From a virus: 64,000 nucleotides of DNA. Position numbers and translations under genes: made by a program. Below, piece by piece: positions 46,940-55,755 of the stretch. The notes beneath the pieces were generated by a model. The model worked only from the letters and a program-made list of their open reading frames with translations. It was not told where the DNA came from and made no database searches. The stretch's first letter is position 1. The number at the start of each line of letters is the position of its first letter. The stretch lies in IMG/VR virus record IMGVR_UViG_3300033994_001756, positions 64,001 through 128,000 of that record, one strand, 5' to 3'.

Positions 46940-47488
46940 ATGAACATCTTTTATTTGAATTACAATCCAGCTATATGTGCTCAAGAACATTGTGACAAGC
47001 ATGTAGTCAAAATGATTGTCGAGTATGCACAACTTCTATCAACCGCTCATCGAGTTCTTGACGGTATTGGTTATTACGAACTTTCTAATAAGAATCGACA
47101 AGTCAAGAGATTCAAACTCGATGAGCCAAGAGAATCAAATCTCTATAAAGCTTGTCATATTAACCACCCTTCTGCTATCTGGGCTAGGAGTTCTAGATCA
47201 CATTACAACTGGCTCTATGAACTCTTTGAACAATGTTGTATTGAATACACCAGAAGATACGGCAAGTTTCATGCTACTGAATCTTTGAGAGCATATTTAA
47301 AACATCCTCCTAATAATCTTCCTGATTTGGGGTGGTCTGATCCACCTCCAGCTATGCCCGATAAATATAAGGAAACTGACACAATTCAGTCTTATCGTAA
47401 TTATTACATTGGAGATAAAATTGCTTTTGCAAAATGGAAATCTCCTTCTACTATCCCTGAATGGTTTAAGACAAATGCCAACCTATAG
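46940..47488 (+). CDS. pyrimidine-dimer DNA glycosylase-like protein (DenV-related)
   Basis: MNIFYL...HCDKHVVKMIVEYAQLLSTAH...HINHPSAIW. Confidence 0.75.
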   Translation: MNIFYLNYNPAICAQEHCDKHVVKMIVEYAQLLSTAHRVLDGIGYYELSNKNRQVKRFKLDEPRESNLYKACHINHPSAIWARSSRSHYNWLYELFEQCCIEYTRRYGKFHATESLRAYLKHPPNNLPDLGWSDPPPAMPDKYKETDTIQSYRNYYIGDKIAFAKWKSPSTIPEWFKTNANL

Positions 47489-47708
47489 ATTCAAAGATAA
47501 TAACACTGGTGAAGAGTTTGAGAAGTGGATGTATATGGCTGACCGAGAGCCATATCTAAAAGAAAACCCACACATCACCCAAGTTCCAACAGGAATGTAT
47601 TCTATCAGCGAAGTTGGGGACTGGAAAAACACGAAAGTCCCTGGCTCATTTAAAGATGTGTTAGGTCGCATCAAAAAATCATATCCCAACTCAACTTTTG
47701 ACGTATGA
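47475..47708 (+). CDS. small conserved protein (FmdB-like N-terminus)
   Basis: MPTYRFKDNNTGEEFE...YLKENPHI. Confidence 0.75.
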   Translation: MPTYRFKDNNTGEEFEKWMYMADREPYLKENPHITQVPTGMYSISEVGDWKNTKVPGSFKDVLGRIKKSYPNSTFDV

Positions 47709-48460
47709 CAAGTTCCCGTAGAAGAAAGAATGAAAGTTCATTTGCAGATTTATCATCTAAAAAAATGAGGAGAAAAAAGCCAATTGATGCTGAGCATATG
47801 GTTGATATTCAACCTCTGACTCCAGCTCAAGAAAAAGTATTTGAAGAATACGCAAACGACAAAAATCTATTTCTATATGGAGCTGCAGGTACAGGTAAAA
47901 CATTTGTTAGTCTCTACCTAGCACTAAAGGATGTATTAAACGATAAAACTCCATATGAAAAAGTATATATGGTTCGTTCTCTAGTTTCTACTAGGGAGAT
48001 TGGTTTCCTTCCAGGAGATCATGAGGATAAGTCAAGCCTTTACCAGATTCCATATAAGAACATGGTAAAGTACATGTTTGAGATGCCAGATGATGCTTCA
48101 TTTGAAGCTTTGTATGGTAATCTAAAAGGACAAGGAACTGTAAGTTTCTGGAGTACATCATTCATCCGTGGTACTACTCTTGATAACTGTATCATCATTG
48201 TTGATGAAAGTCAGAATCTTAATTTCCATGAACTAGATTCTATCATCACTCGTGTTGGGCAAGATGCTAAAATTATTTTCTGTGGTGATGTTCAACAAAC
48301 TGACCTTGTAAAGACCAACGAAAGAAATGGTGTTCTGAATTTCATGAGCATTCTTCAAACTATGGATGAATTTTCCATGGTAGAATTTGGAATCGCCGAC
48401 ATCGTTCGTTCAGGTCTAATCAGAAGTTATCTAATCAGCAAACTTAATTTGGGATTCTGA
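47705..48460 (+). CDS. phoH: PhoH family ATPase
   Basis: GAAGTGKT, IGFLPG, FIRGTT, DESQN, GDVQQTD. Confidence 0.95.
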   Translation: MTSSRRRKNESSFADLSSKKMRRKKPIDAEHMVDIQPLTPAQEKVFEEYANDKNLFLYGAAGTGKTFVSLYLALKDVLNDKTPYEKVYMVRSLVSTREIGFLPGDHEDKSSLYQIPYKNMVKYMFEMPDDASFEALYGNLKGQGTVSFWSTSFIRGTTLDNCIIIVDESQNLNFHELDSIITRVGQDAKIIFCGDVQQTDLVKTNERNGVLNFMSILQTMDEFSMVEFGIADIVRSGLIRSYLISKLNLGF

Positions 48461-48462
48461 TA

Positions 48463-49128
48463 GTGTTTGTACATTTAAATAATGAACCTCTGATTGATTT
48501 ACAAGCTATAACTACAGATAGCGGGAGGCTATACTTAACTCCAGATGGAAATAAGTATCCTTCCGTTACTACTGTTATTGGTACCACTTCAAAGAAGTCA
48601 ATTCTACAATGGAGGAAAAGGGTAGGGGAAGCAGAGGCTAATCGTATTTCTTCCAGAGCAGCATCTAGAGGTACAAATCTTCACCTAATGAATGAAGACT
48701 ACCTAAATAATATGTTCAATGAAGAGAAGTACAAAGATAAAGTACTGCCTCTATTCATGTTTAAACATTTAAAACCTTTCCTAGATAGAATTAACAACAT
48801 TCATGTCTTGGAAGGAGCACTATACAGTGATAAACTAAAACTTGCTGGACGAGTTGACTGCATTGCAGAATATGAAAACGAGCTAGCAATTATAGATTTC
48901 AAGTCTTCTACTGAACCAAAAAAGAGAGAGTGGATTGAAAACTATATTGCACAAGAGTGTGCATATGCAATGATGTATTATGAACGTACTGGTATCAAAG
49001 TAAAAAAACTTGTAACTTTAATCGCCTGTGAGGATGGAGAAATCCAAGTCTTCCAGGAGTACGATATCATGAAATACATGAAAGTACTAATGGAATACAT
49101 CAGAGCCTATGAAGAACAACGAACTTAA
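48463..49128 (+). CDS. PD-(D/E)XK exonuclease (Cas4/lambda-exo-like)
   Basis: YPSVTTV, RGTNLH, AGRVDCI, IIDFKS. Confidence 0.85.
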   Translation: MFVHLNNEPLIDLQAITTDSGRLYLTPDGNKYPSVTTVIGTTSKKSILQWRKRVGEAEANRISSRAASRGTNLHLMNEDYLNNMFNEEKYKDKVLPLFMFKHLKPFLDRINNIHVLEGALYSDKLKLAGRVDCIAEYENELAIIDFKSSTEPKKREWIENYIAQECAYAMMYYERTGIKVKKLVTLIACEDGEIQVFQEYDIMKYMKVLMEYIRAYEEQRT

Positions 49129-49372
49129 TGAATTATTTGAAGACAAATTTATGACAGCATCTAAATTTTCCATGGAAGTGGAAGAGATCGTCCGGTCAAA
49201 TCAGGGCGGTCTCAATTATATTGATGCAGTATTAGTTTACTGCGAAGAGAATGACATTGAACTAGGAAATGTTTCAAAATTAATTTCTAAACCACTTAAA
49301 GAAAAAATTAAAGTTGATGCTCAACGTATGAACTTTATGAAACGAACTTCTCGTGCCAGACTTCCTTTATGA
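49109..49372 (+). CDS. g33: gp33 late-transcription coactivator
   Basis: FSMEVE...YIDAVL.YCE...LISKPLKEKI. Confidence 0.9.
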   Translation: MKNNELNELFEDKFMTASKFSMEVEEIVRSNQGGLNYIDAVLVYCEENDIELGNVSKLISKPLKEKIKVDAQRMNFMKRTSRARLPL

Positions 49373-49959
49373 ATGGGTTTGATGTTTATCGAACATATCT
49401 AGCAATAAAACTACACTTTAGTAAAGATAATTTTGATTTTTTTAAATGTGGTACAGGTAAAGCCAAAGCTTCACTAGAGGCATTTGAAAAACGAAAAGAC
49501 AAATACTTTTTTAAGAAGTTGGCTACAAAATTTAGTCAAGATGAATTGATTCAATATTTTGTAGCTCACTTTGTACAAAACAGAGACACTTGGATTGGAG
49601 ATATTTCTAGGATAGAAAACACTTCAGTCTATTTAAATTGGCTAAAGAAAATTCAGAGCATGAGCTTTGTCTTTTCAAATGATTTAGATATCTTATTGAA
49701 GGAACATTCATTTGAAGATATCTTTAAGGTAACTAATACACATCCTCCAGTTATAAAACAATACCTTTCAAGTTCTATAAACTTGGAAACATTAGTTATT
49801 CTTAACCAATTATTAAACTTCATTAAAGACTTTGATACTTCAATTAATGATCCTGTAGTTTGGCCAGATATCAAGAAGAAGGTACTGAAATACGAACCTT
49901 TCCTTTCACTAGATAAACCTAAATATAAGCAGATAGTTTTGTCGAAGGTTTCTAGCTGA
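49369..49959 (+). CDS. g59: gp59 helicase loader
   Basis: YLAIKLHF...FEKRKDKYFF; synteny. Confidence 0.9.
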   Translation: MNGFDVYRTYLAIKLHFSKDNFDFFKCGTGKAKASLEAFEKRKDKYFFKKLATKFSQDELIQYFVAHFVQNRDTWIGDISRIENTSVYLNWLKKIQSMSFVFSNDLDILLKEHSFEDIFKVTNTHPPVIKQYLSSSINLETLVILNQLLNFIKDFDTSINDPVVWPDIKKKVLKYEPFLSLDKPKYKQIVLSKVSS

Positions 49960-50294
49960 TGTCTTTTTTTGAAAACGAATTAATTCGTGATGAATTAGAA
50001 GAAATGACTTTATTATATAAAGAAATTTCTTTTATAATGTATAGTCCTCATGAAAAATCTCAAGAGACTCGTAGAGAATGTCTGGATAAATTAAACAGAC
50101 TTGTAGAACTTCAAGAGCTTCTTTATTTCAGAGCAAAGTATTCTAGCGATGAAGAAGCTGAAGAGTTCGTTGACATGTTAAGGACATCTGCTACATTCCT
50201 TGGGGTGCCCCCAGATGTGGATGTGTCACAAATCTTCACCCACATGAAGCAAGACATCATCCGAGCCAAGGAGGCACTTGACAAATCTCTCTGA
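49959..50294 (+). CDS. conserved cyanophage protein (DUF1825-like)
   Basis: MSFFENELIRDELEE...LVELQELLYFR..SSDEEA. Confidence 0.7.
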   Translation: MSFFENELIRDELEEMTLLYKEISFIMYSPHEKSQETRRECLDKLNRLVELQELLYFRAKYSSDEEAEEFVDMLRTSATFLGVPPDVDVSQIFTHMKQDIIRAKEALDKSL

Positions 50295-50368
50295 CTCTGC
50301 TACCATACTCTCATGGGTTGGGGCACACGAGCCAAATCCATTTAATCCAACTAATACGGAGAATCCAC

Positions 50369-51274
50369 ATGTCTTTTGCAACACTCAAGCGTAACTCATC
50401 CAACTCATTTGATAAGCTAACCCAAGAAATCGAAAAAATGTCTAGCACAGAAGGTGGTGCAGACGAAAGGTTCTGGAAGCCTGAGATGGACAAGTCAGGC
50501 AATGGCTACGCTGTCATTCGTTTCCTCCCAGCTCCAGAAGGTGAAGACGTACCCTGGGCGAAGGTATGGAGCCATGCTTTCCAAGGTCCTGGTGGCTGGT
50601 ACATTGAAAACTCTCTAACTACTCTCAACAAAAAAGATCCTGTAGGTGATCTCAATCGTCAGCTCTGGAACACTGGTAGTGATAAAGATAAAGAAGTTGC
50701 TCGCAAACAAAAGCGTAAGCTAACCTATTACACTAATATCTATGTCGTAAAGGATCCTGCTCACCCAGAAAACGAAGGTAAAGTATTCCTTTACAAGTTT
50801 GGCAAGAAGATCTTTGATAAGATCACCGAAGCTATGCAACCTGCATTTGCAGATGAGCAAGCTATCAATCCATTTGACTTCTGGACTGGTGCAGACTTCA
50901 AAATCAAGCTTCGCAAAGTAGAAGGTTACTGGAACTATGACAAGTCTGAGTTTTCTACTCCTGGTACTCTAGGTGATTTTGATGATGCTAAGCTAGAGCA
51001 AATTTATTCAAAGGCTCATAGTCTAACTCAATTCTCTGCAGATGATAACTTCAAAACTTATGAAGAACTAGCTAAGCGTTTAAACGATGTTCTAAACTCA
51101 AAGCCAGTTCAACGAATTGATCGTGAAACTTACGAAGACGAAGAGCAGAACGTAATTGAAACCGTTGCTTCTTTTGCTTCTACTTCTACTCCATCCTTTG
51201 CTTCACGTTCTACTAGCAATGATGATGAAGATGATACCCTCAGTTACTTCGCTCGACTAGCTGAAGAAGATTGA
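50369..51274 (+). CDS. g32: gp32 single-stranded DNA-binding protein
   Basis: DERFWKP..DKSGNGYAVIRFLP, acidic tail; start at 50369 after GGAG; promoter at 50278-50306. Confidence 0.96.
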   Translation: MSFATLKRNSSNSFDKLTQEIEKMSSTEGGADERFWKPEMDKSGNGYAVIRFLPAPEGEDVPWAKVWSHAFQGPGGWYIENSLTTLNKKDPVGDLNRQLWNTGSDKDKEVARKQKRKLTYYTNIYVVKDPAHPENEGKVFLYKFGKKIFDKITEAMQPAFADEQAINPFDFWTGADFKIKLRKVEGYWNYDKSEFSTPGTLGDFDDAKLEQIYSKAHSLTQFSADDNFKTYEELAKRLNDVLNSKPVQRIDRETYEDEEQNVIETVASFASTSTPSFASRSTSNDDEDDTLSYFARLAEED

Positions 51275-51281
51275 TAATATT

Positions 51282-51308
51282 AAAGGAGGCTTAAAGCCTC
51301 CTTTTTTT
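51282..51308. terminator. bidirectional terminator between g32 and g53
   Basis: AAAGGAGGCT-TAA-AGCCTCCTTTTTT. Confidence 0.85.
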
Positions 51309-51960
51309 ATATAGAAGTTTCGGGAAATCTAATACCAGCAGAATCAATCTTGTATTCAGTATCATATGCAAACAGAGATGCAATCTCTTCTTCCATCGTG
51401 GTTAAGAATTGTGGTCTAATTAAAAATATTTCCTTTTTATTTTCATTCTCTCTATATTCAAACTCTCTATTGGTAATTGGAGTCATTACTTGAGATCCGG
51501 ATTTCAATGAGCCAGTTGAAGTAGTGAATGTATATGATGGATAATAGCCAACTACTTCTTGTGTGGATCTTCCTTCATTATATTCAATAATGATTCCACC
51601 TTGTAAAACAAGATTATTTCCTTCATATAATTCTTTAGTTTCCCAAAATTTAATTTTGTCTTGATTATTACCGTACTTCTTTTCTATAGCTAAATCTAAT
51701 TCGTAATCTGACACTGGCCAATCATTATTCACATCAATAATGTTATTAAGGATTAGAATGGTCCAGTACCAATCAGGAGATCCATATTGTTTATTTGATA
51801 CTTGCTCTGGAGTCTCACCTTGTTGGATTGTGTATCGAGTAGATGCCACATATAAAGCGTTTAGGTTATCTCTAAATCTAACTCTACGAAACAGATTTTT
51901 AGATAACTTTAACCCACCTTTGTATGGATAATAAAAATTTGGTTGTGAGTTAAAAAACAT
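51307..51960 (-). CDS. g53: gp53 baseplate wedge protein (LysM-like)
   Basis: YTIQQGETPEQVS...YGSPDWYWTILILNNI...WP. Confidence 0.88.
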   Translation of the reverse strand: MFFNSQPNFYYPYKGGLKLSKNLFRRVRFRDNLNALYVASTRYTIQQGETPEQVSNKQYGSPDWYWTILILNNIIDVNNDWPVSDYELDLAIEKKYGNNQDKIKFWETKELYEGNNLVLQGGIIIEYNEGRSTQEVVGYYPSYTFTTSTGSLKSGSQVMTPITNREFEYRENENKKEIFLIRPQFLTTMEEEIASLFAYDTEYKIDSAGIRFPETSI

Positions 51961-51972
51961 TGGTACTCTCCA

Positions 51973-52959
51973 TTAATTTCCTTGAAGAACATTATCTGCT
52001 GTAACGATTTCTGTTTCTGCAAATGACATTGTAACTTCATACGCAACTGGAGCTGGTCCACTCAATGCGTTGCCGGCAGTATTGATATGAGTAGCCCATA
52101 CATTGTCTGGAGTATAATTAACCTGAATGTTCTTTAGAACACATGGTTTAATTTTTGGGAGTGATTGAATTGCTGTTTCAGTTCCAGCTTGCTTCCAGGT
52201 TAAATCAAATATGTTTGGGACAGTTAGCCATCTATCTTCTAATTTACTTATTACTTGAATTGGAGAATTTAGTGCATCTTGAACTGGTCCAGTTCCACTA
52301 TAATTTGGCAATGAATAATATCTGAGAGTTTTAATAATGTTATGAATTCTATTTTGTTCAGATGCATTTCTAGGAACTAACTTCCAGGAAAAGCTGAATT
52401 CTCTCATTGCAATTCCTTTGAATATTTGCTCAACATAAGGATTTAATACCTTTCCTCCAATACCACTTGTTAATGCTTCTGCAGGTGGGGCTCCTGGAAT
52501 ATTTGAAATTGCTTTCAAAATAAATTCTGGAGTTCCTGCACCCGCCATTTTACTAATCAATGTTCCAATGTTTCCTGGGTCATTTATTGCGGCGCCAGCT
52601 AATATAGGTAGCATTTTACCTAGCATTCCAATATTTTCTGCCGACCAAGATAACTGATCATTGTAATTAATATCATTGGGAACTGGTAGTAAAATTTTTG
52701 CTAATTTTTTATTTCTTGGTCTAGATCCTAGTGTACTATTTACTGCTTGCCACCTACCAGTTTGTACTGTATCGCCACTTTGAATATCAGTAATAAATTG
52801 TAATGTAGCACTTCCACTAGCATCTTTTGCACTTGCAATAGGTACGTATTCCATTACATTAATTTGAAGCATATCAAACATTTCATTTTTATCAGGCCAA
52901 TATAAATCATCTCTATTGAGTATGTTTTGGGTATATCCTTTATTTACTGTAACGGCCAT
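51973..52959 (-). CDS. g48: gp48 baseplate tail-tube cap
   Basis: NPYVEQIFKGIAMREFSFSWKLVPRN...CVLKNIQVNYTP. Confidence 0.85.
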   Translation of the reverse strand: MAVTVNKGYTQNILNRDDLYWPDKNEMFDMLQINVMEYVPIASAKDASGSATLQFITDIQSGDTVQTGRWQAVNSTLGSRPRNKKLAKILLPVPNDINYNDQLSWSAENIGMLGKMLPILAGAAINDPGNIGTLISKMAGAGTPEFILKAISNIPGAPPAEALTSGIGGKVLNPYVEQIFKGIAMREFSFSWKLVPRNASEQNRIHNIIKTLRYYSLPNYSGTGPVQDALNSPIQVISKLEDRWLTVPNIFDLTWKQAGTETAIQSLPKIKPCVLKNIQVNYTPDNVWATHINTAGNALSGPAPVAYEVTMSFAETEIVTADNVLQGN

Positions 52960-52995
52960 AAATATTTTATGATAAGCCTTTTATAATAAGTATTT

Positions 52996-53433
52996 ATGAA
53001 TACTCTAAAGGGAAAATTTACCCCAACGAATATTCGCAAATATAAAGGAGACTATAGGAATATAATTTATAGGTCTTCCTGGGAATTAAAGTTTATGAAG
53101 TACTGTGATACTAGATCTAATGTATTAGAATGGGCATCAGAAGAATGTGTTATTCCATATAGATCTCCATTAGATAATAAAATTCATAGATACTTTGTTG
53201 ATTTTTATGCTAAAATTCAAGAAGCTGATGGCACTATCACTAAGTATTTGATTGAAATAAAACCCAGTAAACAAACAGTTCCACCAAAGAAACCTCAAAG
53301 ACAAACTAAAAGTTATATCTATGAAGTGACTGAATACGTTAAGAATCAAGCTAAGTGGAAAGCTGCCAAAGAATTCTGTGATGATAGAATGTGGAAATTT
53401 AAAATTCTCACGGAATCGGAGCTAAAGGTATGA
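52996..53433 (+). CDS. g4: gp4 head completion nuclease (TnsA-like)
   Basis: YRSSWE...WASEE...HRYFVDF...IEIKP...NQAKW. Confidence 0.92.
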   Translation: MNTLKGKFTPTNIRKYKGDYRNIIYRSSWELKFMKYCDTRSNVLEWASEECVIPYRSPLDNKIHRYFVDFYAKIQEADGTITKYLIEIKPSKQTVPPKKPQRQTKSYIYEVTEYVKNQAKWKAAKEFCDDRMWKFKILTESELKV

Positions 53434-53993
53434 GAAGAGAAGTATCAGCTAGAACAAAAAATACGTCACCACTTAATATATTTGAACAGGTAGATGAAAT
53501 AGCAAATAAAAAACGAAAAGGATTTCATGTCCTATCATATAGTTGGTATAAAGATACTGTTGCTGAAGTTGCTAGAAAGAATGATATTTACAAAACATTA
53601 GTTACGCTTGATGAAACTCTCATTCCTTCTGGGGGAAATCTGTATTTGTTTGAGTATAAAGCAACTTGGGCTAGAAAACTTCCATATTATGATGAGTTTC
53701 CTTTAGTGTACATGTTACAGGGTGGGAGGAAATTTTTTGGAGCTAATCTTCACTATTTAAATTATCCAACACGTTATAAAGTTCTACAGAGTATTATAGA
53801 TGGACGACCAACAATTCCTAAGCAGTGCTTTCATAATTATGTTTATGAAGGTCTTGATACACCACTATTTAAAATAAATAGTGACGACTGGATGAAATCT
53901 ATTTTTCTACCACTTGAAAGTTTTGTAAGTAGACAAGCAGGTTCATATAAGCAAGTTAGTAAATCCTTTGTCTGGGGAGACAGCCGTAAATGA
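53430..53993 (+). CDS. g2: gp2 DNA end protector-like protein
   Basis: YLFEYKA...LPYYDEFPLV...GANLHYL. Confidence 0.8.
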   Translation: MRREVSARTKNTSPLNIFEQVDEIANKKRKGFHVLSYSWYKDTVAEVARKNDIYKTLVTLDETLIPSGGNLYLFEYKATWARKLPYYDEFPLVYMLQGGRKFFGANLHYLNYPTRYKVLQSIIDGRPTIPKQCFHNYVYEGLDTPLFKINSDDWMKSIFLPLESFVSRQAGSYKQVSKSFVWGDSRK

Positions 53994-54823
53994 GCATCAA
54001 TACTACTCCTACAAATTTTAAAGAGTTCAAAGGTTTTGTACAAAAGCATGGCTTTTCATTAAGTAACTTTTATGATGTGCAATTTTATCTTAGTAATGAT
54101 TCTAGTAACTCTCAACTATTAAAAAATATATTTAATCTTGGGATGTCTGGTAATCCAAATAATACCAGTGCGTCTTTTATGGAAGGACTTTTAAGATTGT
54201 ATGCGGATGAATGTTCTATTCCTGGATACTCAATTTCAACTGGAGATTATAGAATAACCAATACTCCATCAATGAAATATGCATACGGTATAGTAAACAA
54301 TGAAATCACAATATCATTTATTTTAGATGCAGATGCTGAGATCAGAAGAATATTTGATGCCTGGGGTAATTATATTTACGGTAGTGTTTCATTGGCAGGA
54401 GGAGTTGTATCAAATACTAATTTGAATTTTACTACTAAAATAGATCTTGGAAGAACTAGATATCGTGATGATTATGTAACAGATATTGTTGTGGCTAAAT
54501 TGGAAAGACATAGAAGCAGTAAGAAAAATACTAGACCACGAGTTACTAATATTGATTCACAACGTAACTTCTATGATAACAAACAAATTATACCAGATTA
54601 TAATGGACCACTTCTTCCTGGATTTGGAAAACCATTTTACACATATTCAGTTAGGCTGAGGAATTGTTTTCCTACCACTATCTCTTCAATTCCATTGTCC
54701 AGTGGATCTTCTCAGTTAGTTAGAGTGCAGGTAACATTTGAATATGAACTTGCAGTGCCATCATCTCAAACTGCAGGTGGAAGTGTTCTGGAAGCATCAA
54801 ACTGGTTACAGATAACTAACTAA
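53990..54823 (+). CDS. gp54/tail-tube-like baseplate protein
   Basis: LYADECSIPG...ISFILD...NCFPTTIS...VQVTFEY; synteny. Confidence 0.7.
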   Translation: MSINTTPTNFKEFKGFVQKHGFSLSNFYDVQFYLSNDSSNSQLLKNIFNLGMSGNPNNTSASFMEGLLRLYADECSIPGYSISTGDYRITNTPSMKYAYGIVNNEITISFILDADAEIRRIFDAWGNYIYGSVSLAGGVVSNTNLNFTTKIDLGRTRYRDDYVTDIVVAKLERHRSSKKNTRPRVTNIDSQRNFYDNKQIIPDYNGPLLPGFGKPFYTYSVRLRNCFPTTISSIPLSSGSSQLVRVQVTFEYELAVPSSQTAGGSVLEASNWLQITN

Positions 54824-54858
54824 CCTAAATAAATTGAGATTATGTTATAGTATACACT

Positions 54859-55569
54859 ATGCCTTTACCTAAAATTGTAACTCCGACGTATGAATTGCGT
54901 TTACCATCAACTGATCAATTAATTAAATATAGACCATTTCTAGTAAAAGAAGAAAAAGTTCTTCTGATGGCGATGGAATCTGAAGATGAATCTCAGATGA
55001 TTAATGCAGTGAAAACCATCCTAAGAAATTGCATTAACTCTAAAATTAAAGTTGATGACCTAGCAGTATTTGATATCGAATATTTGTTCCTCAATATTCG
55101 TGCTAAGTCTGTGGGAGAACAAATCGAACTCAACATCACTTGCCCAGATGATGGGGAAACTACAGTTCCACTAGAGATTAATGTTGAGGATATTCAGATT
55201 CAAAAGTCTGAAGATCATTCTAGAATTATTTCATTGAATGATACTATTTCTGTTGTAATGAAATACCCTAGTATGGAAATGTTTGTTAAGTCAAACTTTA
55301 CAGCTAGTGTAAAAACTGAAGACGTATTTGAGATTGCTGCATCTTGCATTGAACAAGTTGTAGAAGGGGAAGATGTTTATGAAACCAAGAGTTTCTCTAA
55401 AAAAGAAATTAACGATTTCCTTGATAGCTTAGATACTGCACAGTTTTTACTGATTCAAAAATTCTTTGAGACTATGCCAAAGCTATCTCATACAGTTAAG
55501 GTTACTAACCCAGTAACAAATGTAGAAAGTGATGTGGTACTAGAAGGTCTTGCAGCTTTTTTCGCATAG
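54859..55569 (+). CDS. g26: gp26 baseplate hub assembly protein
   Basis: MPLPKI.TPTYEL...YRPFLVKEEK...IRAKSVGE...FFETMPKL...GLAAFF. Confidence 0.92.
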   Translation: MPLPKIVTPTYELRLPSTDQLIKYRPFLVKEEKVLLMAMESEDESQMINAVKTILRNCINSKIKVDDLAVFDIEYLFLNIRAKSVGEQIELNITCPDDGETTVPLEINVEDIQIQKSEDHSRIISLNDTISVVMKYPSMEMFVKSNFTASVKTEDVFEIAASCIEQVVEGEDVYETKSFSKKEINDFLDSLDTAQFLLIQKFFETMPKLSHTVKVTNPVTNVESDVVLEGLAAFFA

Positions 55570-55751
55570 CCCTAGCGCACGAATCGCTAGAAAATTACTT
55601 TAGAATTAATTTTATATTACTTCAACATCATAAGTGGTCTCTTTCCGAAATTGAATGTATGTTACCATGGGAAAGAGAAATTTATGTTCAGATGTTAGTT
55701 GACTATATTGAAGAGGAAAATAATAGAAACAGAACAACAACATCGTTGTAG
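55557..55751 (+). CDS. g51: gp51-like ORF without its own start codon; probable -1 frameshift extension of gp26
   Basis: -1 frame reads RIALAHESLENYFRINFILLQHHKWSLSEIECMLPWEREIYV...; T TTT TTC slippery site at 55557-55563. Confidence 0.75.
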   Translation, partial: FFRIALAHESLENYFRINFILLQHHKWSLSEIECMLPWEREIYVQMLVDYIEEENNRNRTTTSL

Positions 55752-55755
55752 TTAA

